63,474 nt of DNA from Chiloscyllium plagiosum (Eukaryota), in assembly GCF_004010195.1 (NCBI RefSeq), contig NC_057719.1:82693060-82756533 (forward strand), given 5' to 3'. Both the position numbers and the translations under genes were made by a program. Below are positions 49,926 to 63,030 of the stretch, piece by piece (the first letter of the stretch is position 1; every line of letters begins with the position of its first letter). The notes beneath the pieces are model-generated. The model did not search any database, had not been told where the DNA came from, and worked only from the letters and a program-made list of their open reading frames with translations.

Positions 49926-50734
49926 GTTTGTTGTATTGCGAGGAGAGTTTCAGATCTTTAATACCCTGTGTGAGAAAAGGTGCTTCTGGATATCAACTTG
50001 AATGTCCTGACTTTCCACTCAACCCCCCACCCCCACCAACATAGTAAAGTGACAGACCATTAAAGGTCAGCCTGCAAGCAACTTAAGGAATAGGGAGGTA
50101 TAATCATAGGATTTGTAGTCTTTTGCTGTTGAGAAACTGTCCTATCCAGATTCTGTCTTTTCTCCCATCATAATGCCTAGGGGTTGGCCCACAAACCTCC
50201 ATTGGATTGGTTTTTCACTGACGGCAGAGTACTGCAGTGATTGACCATTGCCATCTACAGGCCGGCTGACCAGAAGATGCCCCATACTTCTTGCCTGCCA
50301 TCGGGTCTAAAGGAAGGAGATGACTCTCAATCTGTTTGACTGCATCAACAGCACACTGTCCATGAATAAGAAGTCCTGGAAGGGAAGCTTAAACCTGGGG
50401 TTCCTTACCCAGAGGTCAGGACACTACCCACTGAACGACCAGCCCTCCTCTTATCTAGACTGCAGGAGCCAAACATCAACTTTGCAAGTCACTTAAGCAA
50501 TCGCGGCATTATTAATTTTTATATTGTAGTGTATCATTAACCTTTCTAATTTCTAAAATAAATGCCCCAAATGTTGGAAATGCTCAGCATATCTGTGGAG
50601 AGAAACAGAGCAAAAGAGATCATTTTCCTCTTATTCGCAATCCAGTTATTCCCCCCTCCATTCTGGATCAGACCCATGAAAGGATGTGACAAAAGACACC
50701 ATCTTTCTTGAGACAGTCGATTGAGGAGCCATCT

Positions 50735-51550
50735 GTGTTCCAGTGTTCTACCTAGTCCCTTTAAGCTTGGGGCCCAGGTTCCACTGTTTTACCTCATCCC
50801 TTTAAGAGTGGTGCCCAGGTTCCAGTGTTCTAGATTAGATTACTTTACAGTGTGGAAACAGGCCCTTCGGCCCAACAAGTCCACACCGACCCACCGAAGC
50901 GCAACCCACCCCTACATTTGCCCCTTACCTAACACTACTGGCAATTTAGCATGGCCAATTCACCTGACCTGCACATCTTTGGACTGTGGGAGGAAACCGG
51001 AGCACCCAGAGGAGACCCACGCAGACACGGGGAGAATGTGCAAACTCCACACAGACACTCGCCTGAGGCGGGAACTGAACCCGGGTCTCTGGCGCTGTGA
51101 GGCAGCAGTGCTAACCACTGTGCCACTGTGCCGCCCAGTCCCTTTAAGAGTGGTGCCCAGGTTCCAGTGTTCTACCCCGTCCCTTTAAGGATGGGGCCCA
51201 GGTTCCAGTGTTTTACCCCATCCCTTTAAGGATGGGGCCCAAGTTCCAGTGTTCTACCCCGTCCCTTTAAGGATGGGGCCCAAGTTCCAGTGTTCTACCC
51301 TGTCCCTTTAAGGGTAGTGCCCAGGTTTCTGTCTTCTACCCCGTCCCTTTAAGGATGGGGCCCAGGTTTCAGTGTTCTACCCCGTCCCTTTAAGGATAGG
51401 GCCCAGGTTCCAGTGTTCTACCCCATCCCTTTAAGGATAGTGCCCAGGTTCCAATGTTCTACCCCATCCCTTTAAGGATGGGGCCCAGGTTCCAATGTTC
51501 TACCCCATCCCTTTAAGGATGGGGCCCAGGTTCCAGTGTTCTACCCCATC
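50735..51550. repeat. 41-bp minisatellite (about 12 units) interrupted by an HE1 SINE
   Basis: Unit CCCTTTAAGGATGGGGCCCAGGTTCCAGTGTTCTACCCC(G/A)T, head to tail. Confidence 0.92.
50833..51136 (-). mobile_element. HE1/V-type SINE, young, inside the minisatellite
   Basis: Near-identical to the copies at 3204 and 23016. Confidence 0.92.
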
Positions 51551-51845
51551 TCTTTCTCCCTCTGCTGGCAAACCCTGAAACAGACCACACAGTTGTACCT
51601 GCCTCAAAGCCCACGTGTGCAGAGAGTTTCCCCCCGACCCCCTCCAACCATGGGGCTAATACCAGCCTCAGAAGGAAGGGTTGAATCAGTGGGTGGATGG
51701 TGAGTTGTTGATAGGTGAGTAAGGTCTGACCACAGGCCTTCTCTGATTGAGACAGTGTGCGGGGAGGGGGAGGGGGTTGCAGACAGGCACCAATATGACA
51801 AAAATCCCTCCTTGCCTCCAAGCTTACCTTGAGAGGGACCATAAT

Positions 51846-52128
51846 TTTTTTTATTTCAAAAATAAACTTTATTCATAAAATTATTTGGATCTCTATACAG
51901 TTGGTCATGCCATTCTTGTGCACACATTACATTGCTTTACATACAGACATCGAAATTTATTTTTCCTATATACAAGTCTGTACATTTACTATCCAGCCCT
52001 TCTGCTGAGGCGTCATCGGAGCCCAAATGACTGGGTGGGCCCCCTGTTCTTCTTAGGCAGGCAGAAGTTACATGGTGGTCTTTCCCCACCGCGCCTTGGC
52101 GGCAGCTGCCCCAAGCTTCAGCGCGTCC
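51846..52128 (-). mobile_element. Tx1/L1-like LINE 3' end with AATAAA and an A-rich tail
   Basis: Minus strand DALKLGAAAAKARWGKTT, then a 3' UTR with AATAAA signals and an A-run. Confidence 0.6.
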
Positions 52129-52966
52129 CCGTGTCTGCGTGGGTGTCCTCCGAGTGCTCAAGTTTCCTCCCACAATCCCAAAGTTAGGCAGATTGGCCAT
52201 GCTAAATTATCCATCGTAATCAGGAATGTGCAGGCTAGGTGGGTTAGCCATTGGGGATGCAGGGACACAGGGATGGGAGAGAGGGGTGGGATACTCTTTC
52301 GAGGGTCAGTGTGGTCTCAATAGGCCAAATGGCCTGCTTCCGTGAGGTAAGGATTAAAAAAAAGTCAATTTTTATTTGTTTTTAGACACCCATGTGGCCA
52401 ATCCCCTTTTTTTCTGTTTTTGTGTTCCCCAGCACCCATGTTGTGTGTGTGCGGGTGTGAGACACAGTGAAAGACAACAAGCTTTACAAATCTTTATTCA
52501 ATTTTGACCACCAGGAAGAAAGGAAATACCTGAGTGGCCAGTGACAAGCAGTGCCCTTCTCATCTGTGTGATCAAAAAGGTGAAGGGGGGGGCAGGGATT
52601 AAATCAAAATAGAGTTGGAGTGGGAAATAATACACTCCACTCCCTCTCCCACCTGAACAGCTCGAGGGAGTTGGTAAAAGTCAATTTGTATACAAGTCAG
52701 AACACAATGCAGGAGAATACAAAATAAGCATTTGTAAATACAGGAAGTTTTTGTACATAAGATCTTTAAAATTGCACCCCTGTAAGTACATGTGTAAATC
52801 AGGGAGACCCTGCCGTCAGCAGTTTTAGCCTGATTTTCAGTTGCTCGGTGCATTAGCGATGACCATGTGGATATTTTGCAACACGCCTCAAACTGAACTG
52901 TCCTTGCTGATTCCTCGTTGTTTGCTCCCACCCCCCTCCCCACACACACCCCATGCTGTGCTGCAG

Positions 52967-53137
52967 AGTGGGCACATGCCTGCAGTTCGAATCTGGGATG
53001 CCAATGAAAGAACGCAGGTCGCAGAGCTCCAAGAACACAAGTACGGGGTGGCATGCGTGGCATTCTCGCCCAACGCCAAGTACATCGTCTCCGTCGGATA
53101 CCAGCATGATATGATCGTCAATGTTTGGGCTTGGAAG
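52967..53137 (+). CDS. MAPKBP1: MAPKBP1 coding exon (171 nt): [57 protein letters not shown]
   Basis: ctgcag acceptor, AAG|gtatgt donor, phase 0/0. SGHMP, LQEHK and [16 protein letters not shown] favour MAPKBP1 over WDR62. Confidence 0.96.
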
Positions 53138-53384
53138 GTATGTGGAGGCATGTACACCAGCTCTGTTAAACTGGTGATGCACAGCATCTGCAGTCTGCCC
53201 TGAAATAGTACACACAGAAATGGTATGGGGAGATAGAACTGCCTGAACAGTGTGTTACGCGGAGATCTGTATATATTAAACAGTATCAGATGTATTAAAC
53301 GGTGTGTTACACAGAAAGCTGTGTGTGTTACACAAACATTTATATATTAAACAGTATGTTATACAGGGATCTCTTTCTATTAAG

Positions 53385-53990
53385 CAGGGTGTTGCAACTA
53401 TTTGGGACATTGGTTAGGCCACTTTTGGAATACTGCATGCAATTCTGGTATCCCTCCTATGGGAAACATATTGTGAAACTTGAAAGGGTACAGAAAAGAT
53501 TTACAAGGATGCTGCCAGGGTTGGGGGGTTTGAGCTATAGGGAGAGGCTGAATCGGCTGGGGCTGTTTTCCCTGGAGTGTCAGAGGCTGAGGGGTGACCT
53601 TATAGAGATATATAAAATCCTGAGTGACATGGTTAGCGTAAATAGACAAGGTCTTTTCCCTGGGGTTGGTGGAGGGGGGTGGGTGGGGAGTCCAGAACTA
53701 GAGGGCATAGGTTTAAGGTGGGAGGGGGAAGATTTAAAAGGGATCTAAGGGGCAACTTTTCCACACAGAGGGTGGTGTGTGTCTGGAATGAGCTGCCAGA
53801 GGAAGTGGTGGTGTGTGTCTGGAATGAGCTGCCAGAGGAAGTGGTGGAGGCTGGTACAATTACAACATTTAAAGTACACCTGGATGGGTATATGAATCGG
53901 AAGGGTTTAGAAGGATATGGGGCAAATGTTGGTAAATGGGACTGAATTAATTTAGGATATCTGATTGGCATGGACGAGTTGGGCTGTGTT
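53385..53990 (+). mobile_element. CR1/HER1-like LINE 3' end with an internal tandem duplication of about 36 bp
   Basis: LVRPLLEYCMQFWYP; the VVCVWNELPEEVV segment is duplicated. Confidence 0.9.
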
Positions 53991-54267
53991 GTATATATCT
54001 ATATATTAAACAGTATGTTGCATAGAGACAGCTGTGTTTACATGACAGAGATCTCTACACGGTATATTAAACAGTGTGTTTTTGCAAGGAGCTTTAATCA
54101 CAGACTGATCATCTATTGAGGGATTATGTCAATATGCTAGTCAAACTGATGTCCTGCGTTCTCGTGCACTGGACTGTCCTGGGTATCTACAACATTTATG
54201 GCAGTCCTTGATTATCTATGATCTGTGGCAATATGTAATGAGGGTTTTTTTTTGTATTTTCCTCCAG

Positions 54268-54405
54268 AAAAATGTTGTCGTGGCAGCCAATAAGGTCTCG
54301 AGCAAGGTGACAGCTGTGTCGTTCTCTGAGGATAGCAGCTACTTTGTCACTGCTGGTAACAGACATGTCAAGTTCTGGTACCTGGATGCGTCCAAAGCTT
54401 CTAAG
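54268..54405 (+). CDS. MAPKBP1: MAPKBP1 coding exon (138 nt): [46 protein letters not shown]
   Basis: T-rich tract and ctccag acceptor, AAG|gtgtga donor, phase 0/0, WD40 repeat. Confidence 0.96.
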
Positions 54406-54899
54406 GTGTGAAAACTGAGCCACAATCATGTATCTATGTATTCATCTTCTGTACGTATTGACTGTATTGAATCTTTATCACAACAGGGGACTGTTGTGAA
54501 TGCATGGTTAATAGGGTTGTTAGGTTTTGGATAGATGGGATGAATGAAGGAGGTCATATGTCCTATTCTGCCCGGCGACAAGCCTAGGTTGTTCAGTTGC
54601 TAAAGATTAAACAGGGGTCCAGATTGTTTTACTGGGAAGAAGGTACAAGATGCTCACACCTCTGTAGGAGTCAAACTGTCCCAGGACTCTGAGGGAAGTG
54701 TAAGGAACGTCAGGTTCTGTCAATGATTACACTTTAAACTGTCTATTTAATTCCAAGATAAATTGGAGTCAGTGGTTTAGAAGGTAATTAGTCAGCTTTC
54801 CCACCTGGATACAAGGTCCATATGAATCCCACTGTCATACAGATGTGTTCCGAAGGGGGAATACAATGTAGAAAGCCTTTGCAGTGGCTACAGTGGGAA

Positions 54900-55630
54900 G
54901 GGCCAAGGGAAGGACCAAGGATCAGAAGGACCTTGGTGTGCATGTCCATCAGTCCCTCAAGGTAGATATAGTGGTTAAGAAGTCATGCGGGATGCATGCC
55001 TGTATTAGCGAAGGTGTGGAGTTGAAGAGCAGGGAAGTCATGCTGGAACTGTATAAAGCATTGGTTTGGCTACAGCTGGAGTATTGTATGCGGTTCTGGA
55101 ATCCGCATTATACGAAGGGATGTGATCGCACTGGAGAGGGTGCAGATGAGGTTAACCAGGGTGTTGCCTGGGCTGGACAGTGTTAGTTACAAAGAGAGAT
55201 TGGAGTTGTTTTCCTTAGAATAGAGGACACTGGGGCTGGGGGGAAGTGGGGGGTGTGGAGGGGGTGAATATGATTGAGATGTATAAAATTATGAGGGGCA
55301 TAGCCAGGGTAGACAGAAAGAAATGTTTCCCCTTGATGGTGGGATCCGTGACCAGACAGCACAGGTTTAAAGGAAGGGTACAAGAATTTGAGGATATTTT
55401 CTTTCACCTGGAGGCTGGTGGGAATCTGGAACTCATTGCCTGGGCGGGTGGGAGAGGCAGAGAAACCCTCATTAACATTTATGATGTATTTAAATGTACT
55501 CTTGTGATGCCAAACCAGACAAGGCTATGGGCCAAGTGCTGGAAAACGGGTTTAGGATAGATAGGTGGCTGTTTTAGATGACCCAATGGGCTGAAGGGCC
55601 TTTTTCCGTGCTATAAATCTCTATGATTAT
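54900..55630 (+). mobile_element. CR1 LINE 3' fragment
   Basis: QKDLGVHVHQSLKV, ELYKALV..QLEYC and IEMYKIMRG. Confidence 0.8.
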
Positions 55631-55889
55631 GATTCTGTGCCTTCTGCCAGGGATCCCCCCACCCCACCACCACCACCACCACCGCCGCCTCCATAATGAT
55701 TTATAAAATGCCATGTTTGGGTGCTGGGCAAGTTGTCACCAGGGAAGACCCCTGACTGACCTGTCCAATACAGCTCAGCTCCCTGCAGTCAGTCAAAGCA
55801 AGATGTGCCCATGTGCTGTTGATTGACCCACAATGCCCTTGGAGAGGCAGTTCCAGGGTTTTGACCCAGCAACACTGAATGACAATATT

Positions 55890-55921
<32 letters not shown>

Positions 55922-56224
55922 ATTCTGTATGTTTAGTTGCCTTTCTCCAATGTTAACTCTACCCAAGTGACTGGGTGTTGAATGAGTCAGGACGAGGCCC
56001 CAGTGAGGTGTGTCTGCTTCCCCTCCCTCCCCCACAGCCCGTTCTCCCACTGTTTCCCTACTGCTGTGCTCTGCTGGTGTTCTCCTAACCCTTGCCCTGG
56101 CAGGGGGTGGATTTACACTGACTGACGTTGACTCACCTTGTGTTTCGGGTCAATGCTAAGGTGGGGAGGGGTGTGGGGGTGGGAGTTTGTCAGTCGACTG
56201 AGGTTAGTTCACCTTGTGTTTCAG

Positions 56225-56407
56225 GTCAACGCCACAGTGCCTCTCCTGGGCCGCTCAGGCCTGTTGGGCGAGCTGCGCAACAACTTCTTCAGCGATGTGG
56301 CATGTGGGCGCAGCAGGAAGGCCGACAGTACGTTCTGCATCACCACCTCGGGCCTCCTCTGTGAGTTCAGCGACAAGAGGCTCCTGGACAAGTGGGTGGA
56401 GCTGCGG
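56225..56407 (+). CDS. MAPKBP1: MAPKBP1 coding exon (183 nt): [61 protein letters not shown]
   Basis: tttcag acceptor, CGG|gtaagt donor, phase 0/0. Very close to the recalled vertebrate MAPKBP1 segment. Confidence 0.96.
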
Positions 56408-56489
56408 GTAAGTGTCACCAACTATCCGTCACCAATCCGCCCCAGCGACAGTGGAGCCAATGAGACACGTTCCTCTTTTCAGTTCTCTC

Positions 56490-57000
56490 GTGGGATACAC
56501 TCATTAGTGGGATGTGGGCGCGCTGATCGTGTCAGCATTTATTGCCCGTCCCTAGTTGCCCCTTGAGAAGGTGGTGGTGAGCTGCCATCTTGAACCGCTA
56601 CAGTCCACCTGCTGTGGGTTGACCACAATGCCCTTAGGGAGGGAATTCCAGGATTTTGACTCAGTGACAGTGAAGGAAGGGCGATATACTTCCAAGTCAG
56701 GGTGGTGGGTGGCTTGGAGGGGAACTCAAAGCGGTGGTGTTCCCATCTATCTGCTGCCCTTGTCCTTCTAGATGGAAGTGGTCATGGGTTTGGAAGGTAC
56801 TGTCTAAGGGTCTTTGGTGAATGTCTGCAGGGCATCTTGTAGATAGTACACACTGCTGCTACTGAGCATCAGTGGTGGAGGAAGTGGATACTTGTGCCAA
56901 TCAAGTGGGCTGCTATGTACTTCATGTCTCAAGTTTCTTAAGTGTTGTTGGATCCAGGCAAGTGGGGAGTATTCCATCACACTCCTGAACGGTGTCATAG
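56490..57000 (-). mobile_element. LINE 3' end, same family as 8415-8770
   Basis: RSVMEYSPLAW and VYYLQDALQ on the minus strand, with the shared tail. Confidence 0.7.
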
Positions 57001-57037
57001 TGATGCCACTAAACTCGATTGAACTACTCTTATTCTC

Positions 57038-57300
57038 ATAGAATCCCAACAGTGTGGAAACAGGCCATTCGGCCCAACTAGTCTACACCGACCCTCTGAA
57101 GAGCATCCTATCCAGACCCATTGCCCTCCCCTATATTTTCCATAGGAATTCCACCCAGCCTGCACAGCTTTGGACTGTGGGAGGAAACTCACGCAGACAT
57201 GGGGAGAACGTGCAAACTCCACGCAGACAGTTGCCCGATGGTGGAATTGAACTCGGGTCCCTGGCGCTGTGAGGCAGCAGTGCTAACCAATGAGCCAGCC
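57038..57300 (-). mobile_element. HE1/V-type SINE
   Basis: Family similarity to the other copies. Confidence 0.82.
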
Positions 57301-59330
57301 CATCTTCCCTCCAATTTCTGAACCATTAGTCTGCTAATATTTGTAAGCGTTTAATATCGCACACACGTATATTCCAACACACTTCGCTGCTGCACTGTCC
57401 CTGAGACAAAATGTTAGACCGTGGCTCCATCTGCCATCTTAAGTGGGCCTACAAGATCCCACGGTGCTAAACTGAAAAAAGGTCAAGCTGATTTTGCCAG
57501 CGCTGTGGTCATTATTTATCCCACAACCAAGGGACGAAGCTGTGGCCTCATTGCTGTTTGTGGGAGCTTGCTGTGTGCACACTGGCCGCTGCATCAGCGG
57601 TCAGGCTCTTTGGGTTGTCCGGTACTTTGGGACATGTCCCATCATCGTGACAGTGATGTGAGTGAGTTGTTCCTTGCACCTTGCCTTTTTTATTTAAAGG
57701 GGTATTAACCCTCCACCGCTGTGGTTCATTGCGCCTTTCTTGTAAATCAAGGGCTGAGTGGTCTGCTGGGGCTTTTGTTTGTGGGCGTTTTCTCCTGATG
57801 GGAGTAGGGGGGCAATGGCCTCCCTTTCCGATGACCCCTGTGAAAGAAGTCTCCGCCTAGCTGCCGGTTTGAGGTGCGTCCACCGTCCGGTGGCTCTCTA
57901 AGGTTAAGCCGGTGCCCGAGAGGGCGATGATTTCTGCAGCCCAATAGCCACCTGGTACTCTGTGGCGTCCAGGCTTCAACCATTGGGTGAGATAATGGCC
58001 GCCAGTTCCAGTGCCAGTGTCACCATTACCCATGGGGCAAGGAGCAGAGAAAACCCAGATGAGCATGGCTTGACCTCCCGCCAAAAACATCCTGATGGGC
58101 TCCATTATCCTCCATCCAAGGTGTTGCCCCCTGGTTACCGCGTTGCCCCCACCCCCACATGTTTTGGTGCAGTTTCTTTGTCCCCACTCTGGTGGGTCAC
58201 CCCACAACCCTTGGCAGGGCTTTAGTTGGACTTCTGCCTCTGCCGGGGAGCGTGAGCCCCGCCTCCAGGTGCATCCCGGCCCAGACAAAAGGCCAGCAGC
58301 TCTGAGGTCCCGCACAGCGCCACCAGGAAGCAGAGGCCGCTGCCGGGACTGCACCCAATTCCCAGCGCAGGCATATGCAGGAGTTGGTTGGCGTGGGGAT
58401 CAGTGGGGTTTACAGCCAGTCAGGCCCTGGGTTGTGGGGGGCGCGGTGGGGGAACCAGGATGGGGGAGGTTGGGGGGAGGTGGTAGCTATAGATGGGAGG
58501 GTCTATGATTGAAGCACACTCGCTCTTTCTTTGCCAGTGGAAGTGTTCCCAAACTGTGTGGCCCCCAACCGGACACTGGGACCATTGTCGTGGGGGGCAG
58601 GAAGAGGGTCTCAAGTGTCCACAACCTTCCCGACTGCTCCTGAGTACCTTTGTTGCATATTCCCCCATGCTCAGCTGCCTTCTGATCCTCACGTGGGAAG
58701 GGGACTGTCTATAAGACTCTACCCAGAAATGTCTCAGTGTGTATATAATCCGACCCTCACCTGATCACCACCTCATCAGCAGCTGGACAGGGAGTTACCT
58801 CCCTTCACAACCCCAGGCAGGCTATTTGCAGCACCACCAGGGGGAGGCACTGCTCCACCAGACAATGCTCGTTCCCACCTGACTCCCCCCAGCCACCCCC
58901 ACTGCCCGGCTTTCGCATTCACGGGCTGGACAGTCCCGGTGGGCTGAATGAACTGCTATCATCTCAGAATGGCAGGGAAAGTCAGATCGAAGACGTCTCA
59001 CTGCTGTGATGCAGGAGGCAGGGCAGTGCACACAGATTGCACACAGCAGGATCCCACAAAGCAGCGGCAAAACAGGCTGGCCAGCAAGTTTGCTTTCTTG
59101 AAGTCAGTCGGTCAACCAGTAGGAAGATGGTTAGGACGTGGGAGGGGCCATGTGGGTTCATTCTGCATTGGAAGCATAGCCGGTTCGAAGGTGTGGTGTA
59201 TATGTATGTGTGTGTGTGTGTGTGTGTATACATGCCTGGTGTTCTGTCAGCTCAATGTGCTGCTCTTTATTATTTCTCTAACACTTGATTCCCTCTCCTC
59301 TCTCGCTCTAACGCTATTGACTGTGAAAAG

Positions 59331-59348
59331 AACGCAGACAGTACAACA
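59331..59348 (+). CDS. MAPKBP1: MAPKBP1 18-nt microexon: NADSTT
   Basis: gaaaag|AAC GCA GAC AGT ACA ACA|gtaagt with a perfect donor, a branch-point-like CTCTAAC and an upstream pyrimidine tract. Frame-neutral. Lies between ...VELR and TTMAN..., where mammalian MAPKBP1 has an N-x-D-S-F-T insert. Confidence 0.8.
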
Positions 59349-61825
59349 GTAAGTGTCCGATATCAGTACCTTCCGTCACCCCATTCAACTCCGACATCTC
59401 GCATTGTGCATCTGCCTCTCTGTGACTCACCAGCGTGGTCTGTTACACAACGCACGAGGGTTCAGGGAGCTGGAGTCCATCAGCTTTTGTTGTGGCTTTT
59501 ATGTGCCCGCTGCAAGTGAATGTTTCTACAGCATCGCATTGCCCATGCTCACGGAGCATCTTTGCCTCCTTGTACAGTAACTCCTTGATCGCAATTCGTG
59601 CCCCTCCCTATCTCTGTAATCACATCCAGCCCTGTGACTGCAAGTTCTTCTCTTTTCATTCTTTTATTGGTTGTGGTTGTCACTAGCAAGGCCAGCATTT
59701 ATTGCCCATTCCATTTATTATCCATCTCAGCTGGTAAGGGTCAACCACATTGCTGTGGGTCTGGAGTCGTGTGTAGGCCAGACCAGGTAAGGATGGCGGA
59801 TTTCCTTCCCTAAAGGACGTTAGAGAACCAGATGAACTTTTATAAAGTGATCGATGAGAGTTGTAATATTTAGCATTACAGCTTTATATTCCAGAATTAA
59901 TTATTTGTTGAATTTAAGCTCCACCAGCTGACATAGTGGGATTTGAACCTCATATTTTCCAGGCCATTAACGTGGGATCTCTGGAGACCAGTGACACTAT
60001 CATTGTCAAATTGAGTTGCTTTTGTTTTGGAATTTAAAGCTGCTGTCCGTCGTGGTGGCTTTGAAACTGTCACCAATTATTGGGCAAACCCAGCTACTTC
60101 ACTGATGTCCTTCAGGGATGGAGATCTGCCATTCTCACCCGGTCTGGCCTACATGTGACCCCAGTCCCACAGCCCCAGAAATGGCCCTCGCAAGCTCAAG
60201 GGCAATGAGGCATGGGTAGCAAATGTTGACCTTTCCAGTGACCCCATGAATGGATAAAGAGAAAAAGGCACATTCATGGCAGAATAAACAGAGAGCCTCT
60301 ACAGTAATGTCCTCATTTTGTTTCATACTGCTGCTTCATTGACATCTTTGGTTGACGAGCTGAATTGAGTGTCTGTCCATTGGCTGCCAGGGGCTGTAAT
60401 CTAAGTGGTGCCTGTCCTTTAATCAATCATTTCTCATTTGCATGTAAACAGTGTGTGATGCATGTCGTCTTGCACTCTGACCTCAGTTGACCAGTGTGGT
60501 GAGGATGTGCATGGAGGCTCGCCCTGTCACAGATGTTGCGCTGGGCCAGCCTGTCTTTCTCCTGGTTCTTAGCCGCCTCTCCTAGAATCAAAGAATTGTT
60601 TCAGCAGAGAAAGAGGCCATTCGCTCCATCTTGGCTAGTCCCACTCACCCCTGCTCTTTCCCAACAACCCTGCAAGTACTTCCCTTTCATGTTGTTATCC
60701 AATTCCCTCTCGCAAGCTATGATTGAATCTGCTCTCGCAATACTCTTAGCCATTCAAGATCCTAACCACTCACTGTGCTTAAATAAAAAGGTGTTTTTTT
60801 TTCCCCTGCAAGTTACTGTGCATTAGATTGCCACTCCTTTTTAGCCTGATATCTCCATGCCCCAATCTCTCCATATCCCCCTGCTCCTTTGCGGTCCCCT
60901 GTCCCATGCACTGAACTTGCTGGTCAAAGCCTCCCAAATGCTTAATGGGACCTCGCTCAGCAGGCTACATTCTGTGCACAGCCAACTGGACAGGGAAGGA
61001 ACAGGAGGGGAGATGGAGAATGTCTTAGCCGTGCGTTGATGGCTCACACACCAAGATTGTTGCTAGCGGGGAAGGTAAGGATTCGATGAGTGAACGTTCT
61101 GAGGGAGTGACTGCTTTGATCCAGCAATGCTGAAGACTCCATGATAGCCACCCAGCCCTGACAGCTTTACAGTGCTGACGGTTAATAAAACAAGGAAGTC
61201 ATTTTGTCCAGTCAACTCACTCCTCATTGACAAGCTGCCCCTTCCTGACCCAGTTCTCAACCTCTTTGCATCAAGACAAAGCTCCTTAAACTGTCGATGC
61301 AGATAGCACTGGACATGCTTTTCCATGCGGGCAAAAATATATTGTTTGATTTAAATCCTAGCGTTTCCTCAGTTTTATCTGTGTCTCCCTCTTTAAAACC
61401 ACACTGAGCTGCTCAGTTTTCTCAAATTCCTTGTTCGCGTCAACTCCATTAAATCAAATCACTTCAGTTCCCTGTTACCGTGGAAACAGGCCCCTGAGTC
61501 TATCCTATCCAGCTTACAAAGAAGGGATCCCAATGTAGGGCCAAAATAAGAAAAATGGTTTTCTCTCTTGAATCTACAGAACTCTGTTCCTCCTGCGAGA
61601 AATAGAGGCAGGGTCATTGAATGTTTTGAAGGCCGAGGTAGTTAGATTCAGGACTAACAAGGGGAGTCAGTGGTTACTGAGGATGGAGTGGAAATGCAGA
61701 ATTGAGGCCGCGATCTTATTGAATGGTGGAGCAGACCTGAGGGACCAAATGGCCTACTCTTGCTGCATTCCATATGACTGTATGTTCTATACCCTTAATT
61801 CCTGATTTTCACATTTACATTATTC

Positions 61826-62106
61826 TAGATTAGATTACATTACAGTGTGGAAACAGGCCCTTCGGCCCAACAAGTCCACACCGACCCGCCGAAGCGCAAC
61901 CCACCCACACCCCTACATTTACCCCTTACCTAACACTACGGGCAATTTAGCATGGCCAATTCACCTGACCTGCACATCTTTGGATTGTGGGAGGAAACCG
62001 GAGCACCCGGAGGAAACCCACGCAGACACGGGGAGAACGTGCAAACACCACACAGTCAGTCACCTGAGGCAGGAATTGAACCCAGGTCTCAGGCGCTGTG
62101 AGGCAA
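61826..62106 (-). mobile_element. HE1/V-type SINE, 5' truncated, young
   Basis: TAGAT tail and V core; ends at ggcgctgtgaggca. Confidence 0.88.
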
Positions 62107-62259
62107 CATTGCCATTCTACTTTACACTTTTTTCAAAGACCCTAATACCTTTACAACTTAAGATGCTTTTTGACCACCATCTCCACAAAAACAAAGTATT
62201 GAAACAAATATTTTCGAAGCTGTCAGTTCCAATCAAAATGGTACTTTTGTTCCTAAATC

Positions 62260-62445
62260 TGTGTGTGTGTGTGTGCGCGCTTCTGTGCATGTGTCTGTGC
62301 GTGTGTGTGTATGTCTGTGCGTTTGTGTGTCTGTGCATGTGTGTGTGTATCTGTGTGTGTCTGTGCATGTGTGTGTGTGTCACTGTGTGTGTGTGTCTGC
62401 TTCTCTAAGTGTGTGTGTGTGTGTGTCTGCGTGTATGTGTCTGCC
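62260..62445. repeat. Compound (TG)n microsatellite
   Basis: Interrupted TG dinucleotide run about 160 bp upstream of the exon at 62608. Confidence 0.95.
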
Positions 62446-62607
62446 TGCAACTAAAACCCTTGTCAGTAAGAAATGACCCTTATTTAATGCAGGAGGTTTG
62501 GAGATTCTTTTGCAGAGAACATCCACAGTTACGAGTGTTTTATTTTAATGCCTTCAGAAGAAACTGCAGTGAGAGTAATGTAATGCTGATGCTTTCCCTT
62601 CACACAG

Positions 62608-62768
62608 ACCACAATGGCCAACTGCTTGTCGGTCAGTGAGGACTTTATCTTCTGCGGCTGTGCTGATGGGACAGTACGACTTTTTAACCCTGCAAACCTC
62701 CACTTCATCGCCACGATGCCCAAACCACATCACCTGGGCATGGACATCGCAGCTGCCACGGAGCCCAG
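62608..62768 (+). CDS. MAPKBP1: MAPKBP1 coding exon (161 nt): [53 protein letters not shown](S/R)
   Basis: cacacag acceptor, CAG|gtaaga donor, phase 0/2. The [15 protein letters not shown] motif is typical of MAPKBP1/WDR62. Confidence 0.95.
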
Positions 62769-63030
62769 GTAAGACTTACGGTGGACTAGTGCTTTATGGA
62801 ACTGCTGGCCTACCAGAGGAACATTCCAGAAAGATCTTCTGTCTACAGCACCACGACCACTGAATGTTGAGTTGAGAAACATTTCAGACAGCATTAAATT
62901 CACTGGATGTGAGTAATAGTAAATGTGGGTCATAATGGTAAAGCGGTTGTCTATAGTGAGGCTTGTGGCACTAGGCACTGAAGGGATGGAGATATTGTTG
63001 AGATGCAACCTCAGACTGGCAAATACAGAG

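Noticed and set aside
50735..51550. CRISPR-like array
   Set aside because: Units are head to tail with no unique spacers, there are no cas genes, and the context is vertebrate. It is a minisatellite.
57750..58930. GC-rich ORF cluster as a host gene
   Set aside because: No consistent frame or splice structure. Probably a decayed retroelement, but the family could not be assigned confidently.
62117..62476. His/Thr- and Cys/Val-rich ORFs
   Set aside because: These are translations of the (TG)n microsatellite.
35369..62768. Assignment of the gene to WDR62
   Set aside because: Diagnostic residues ([52 protein letters not shown]) fit MAPKBP1 as recalled, not WDR62. A reciprocal BLAST would confirm.
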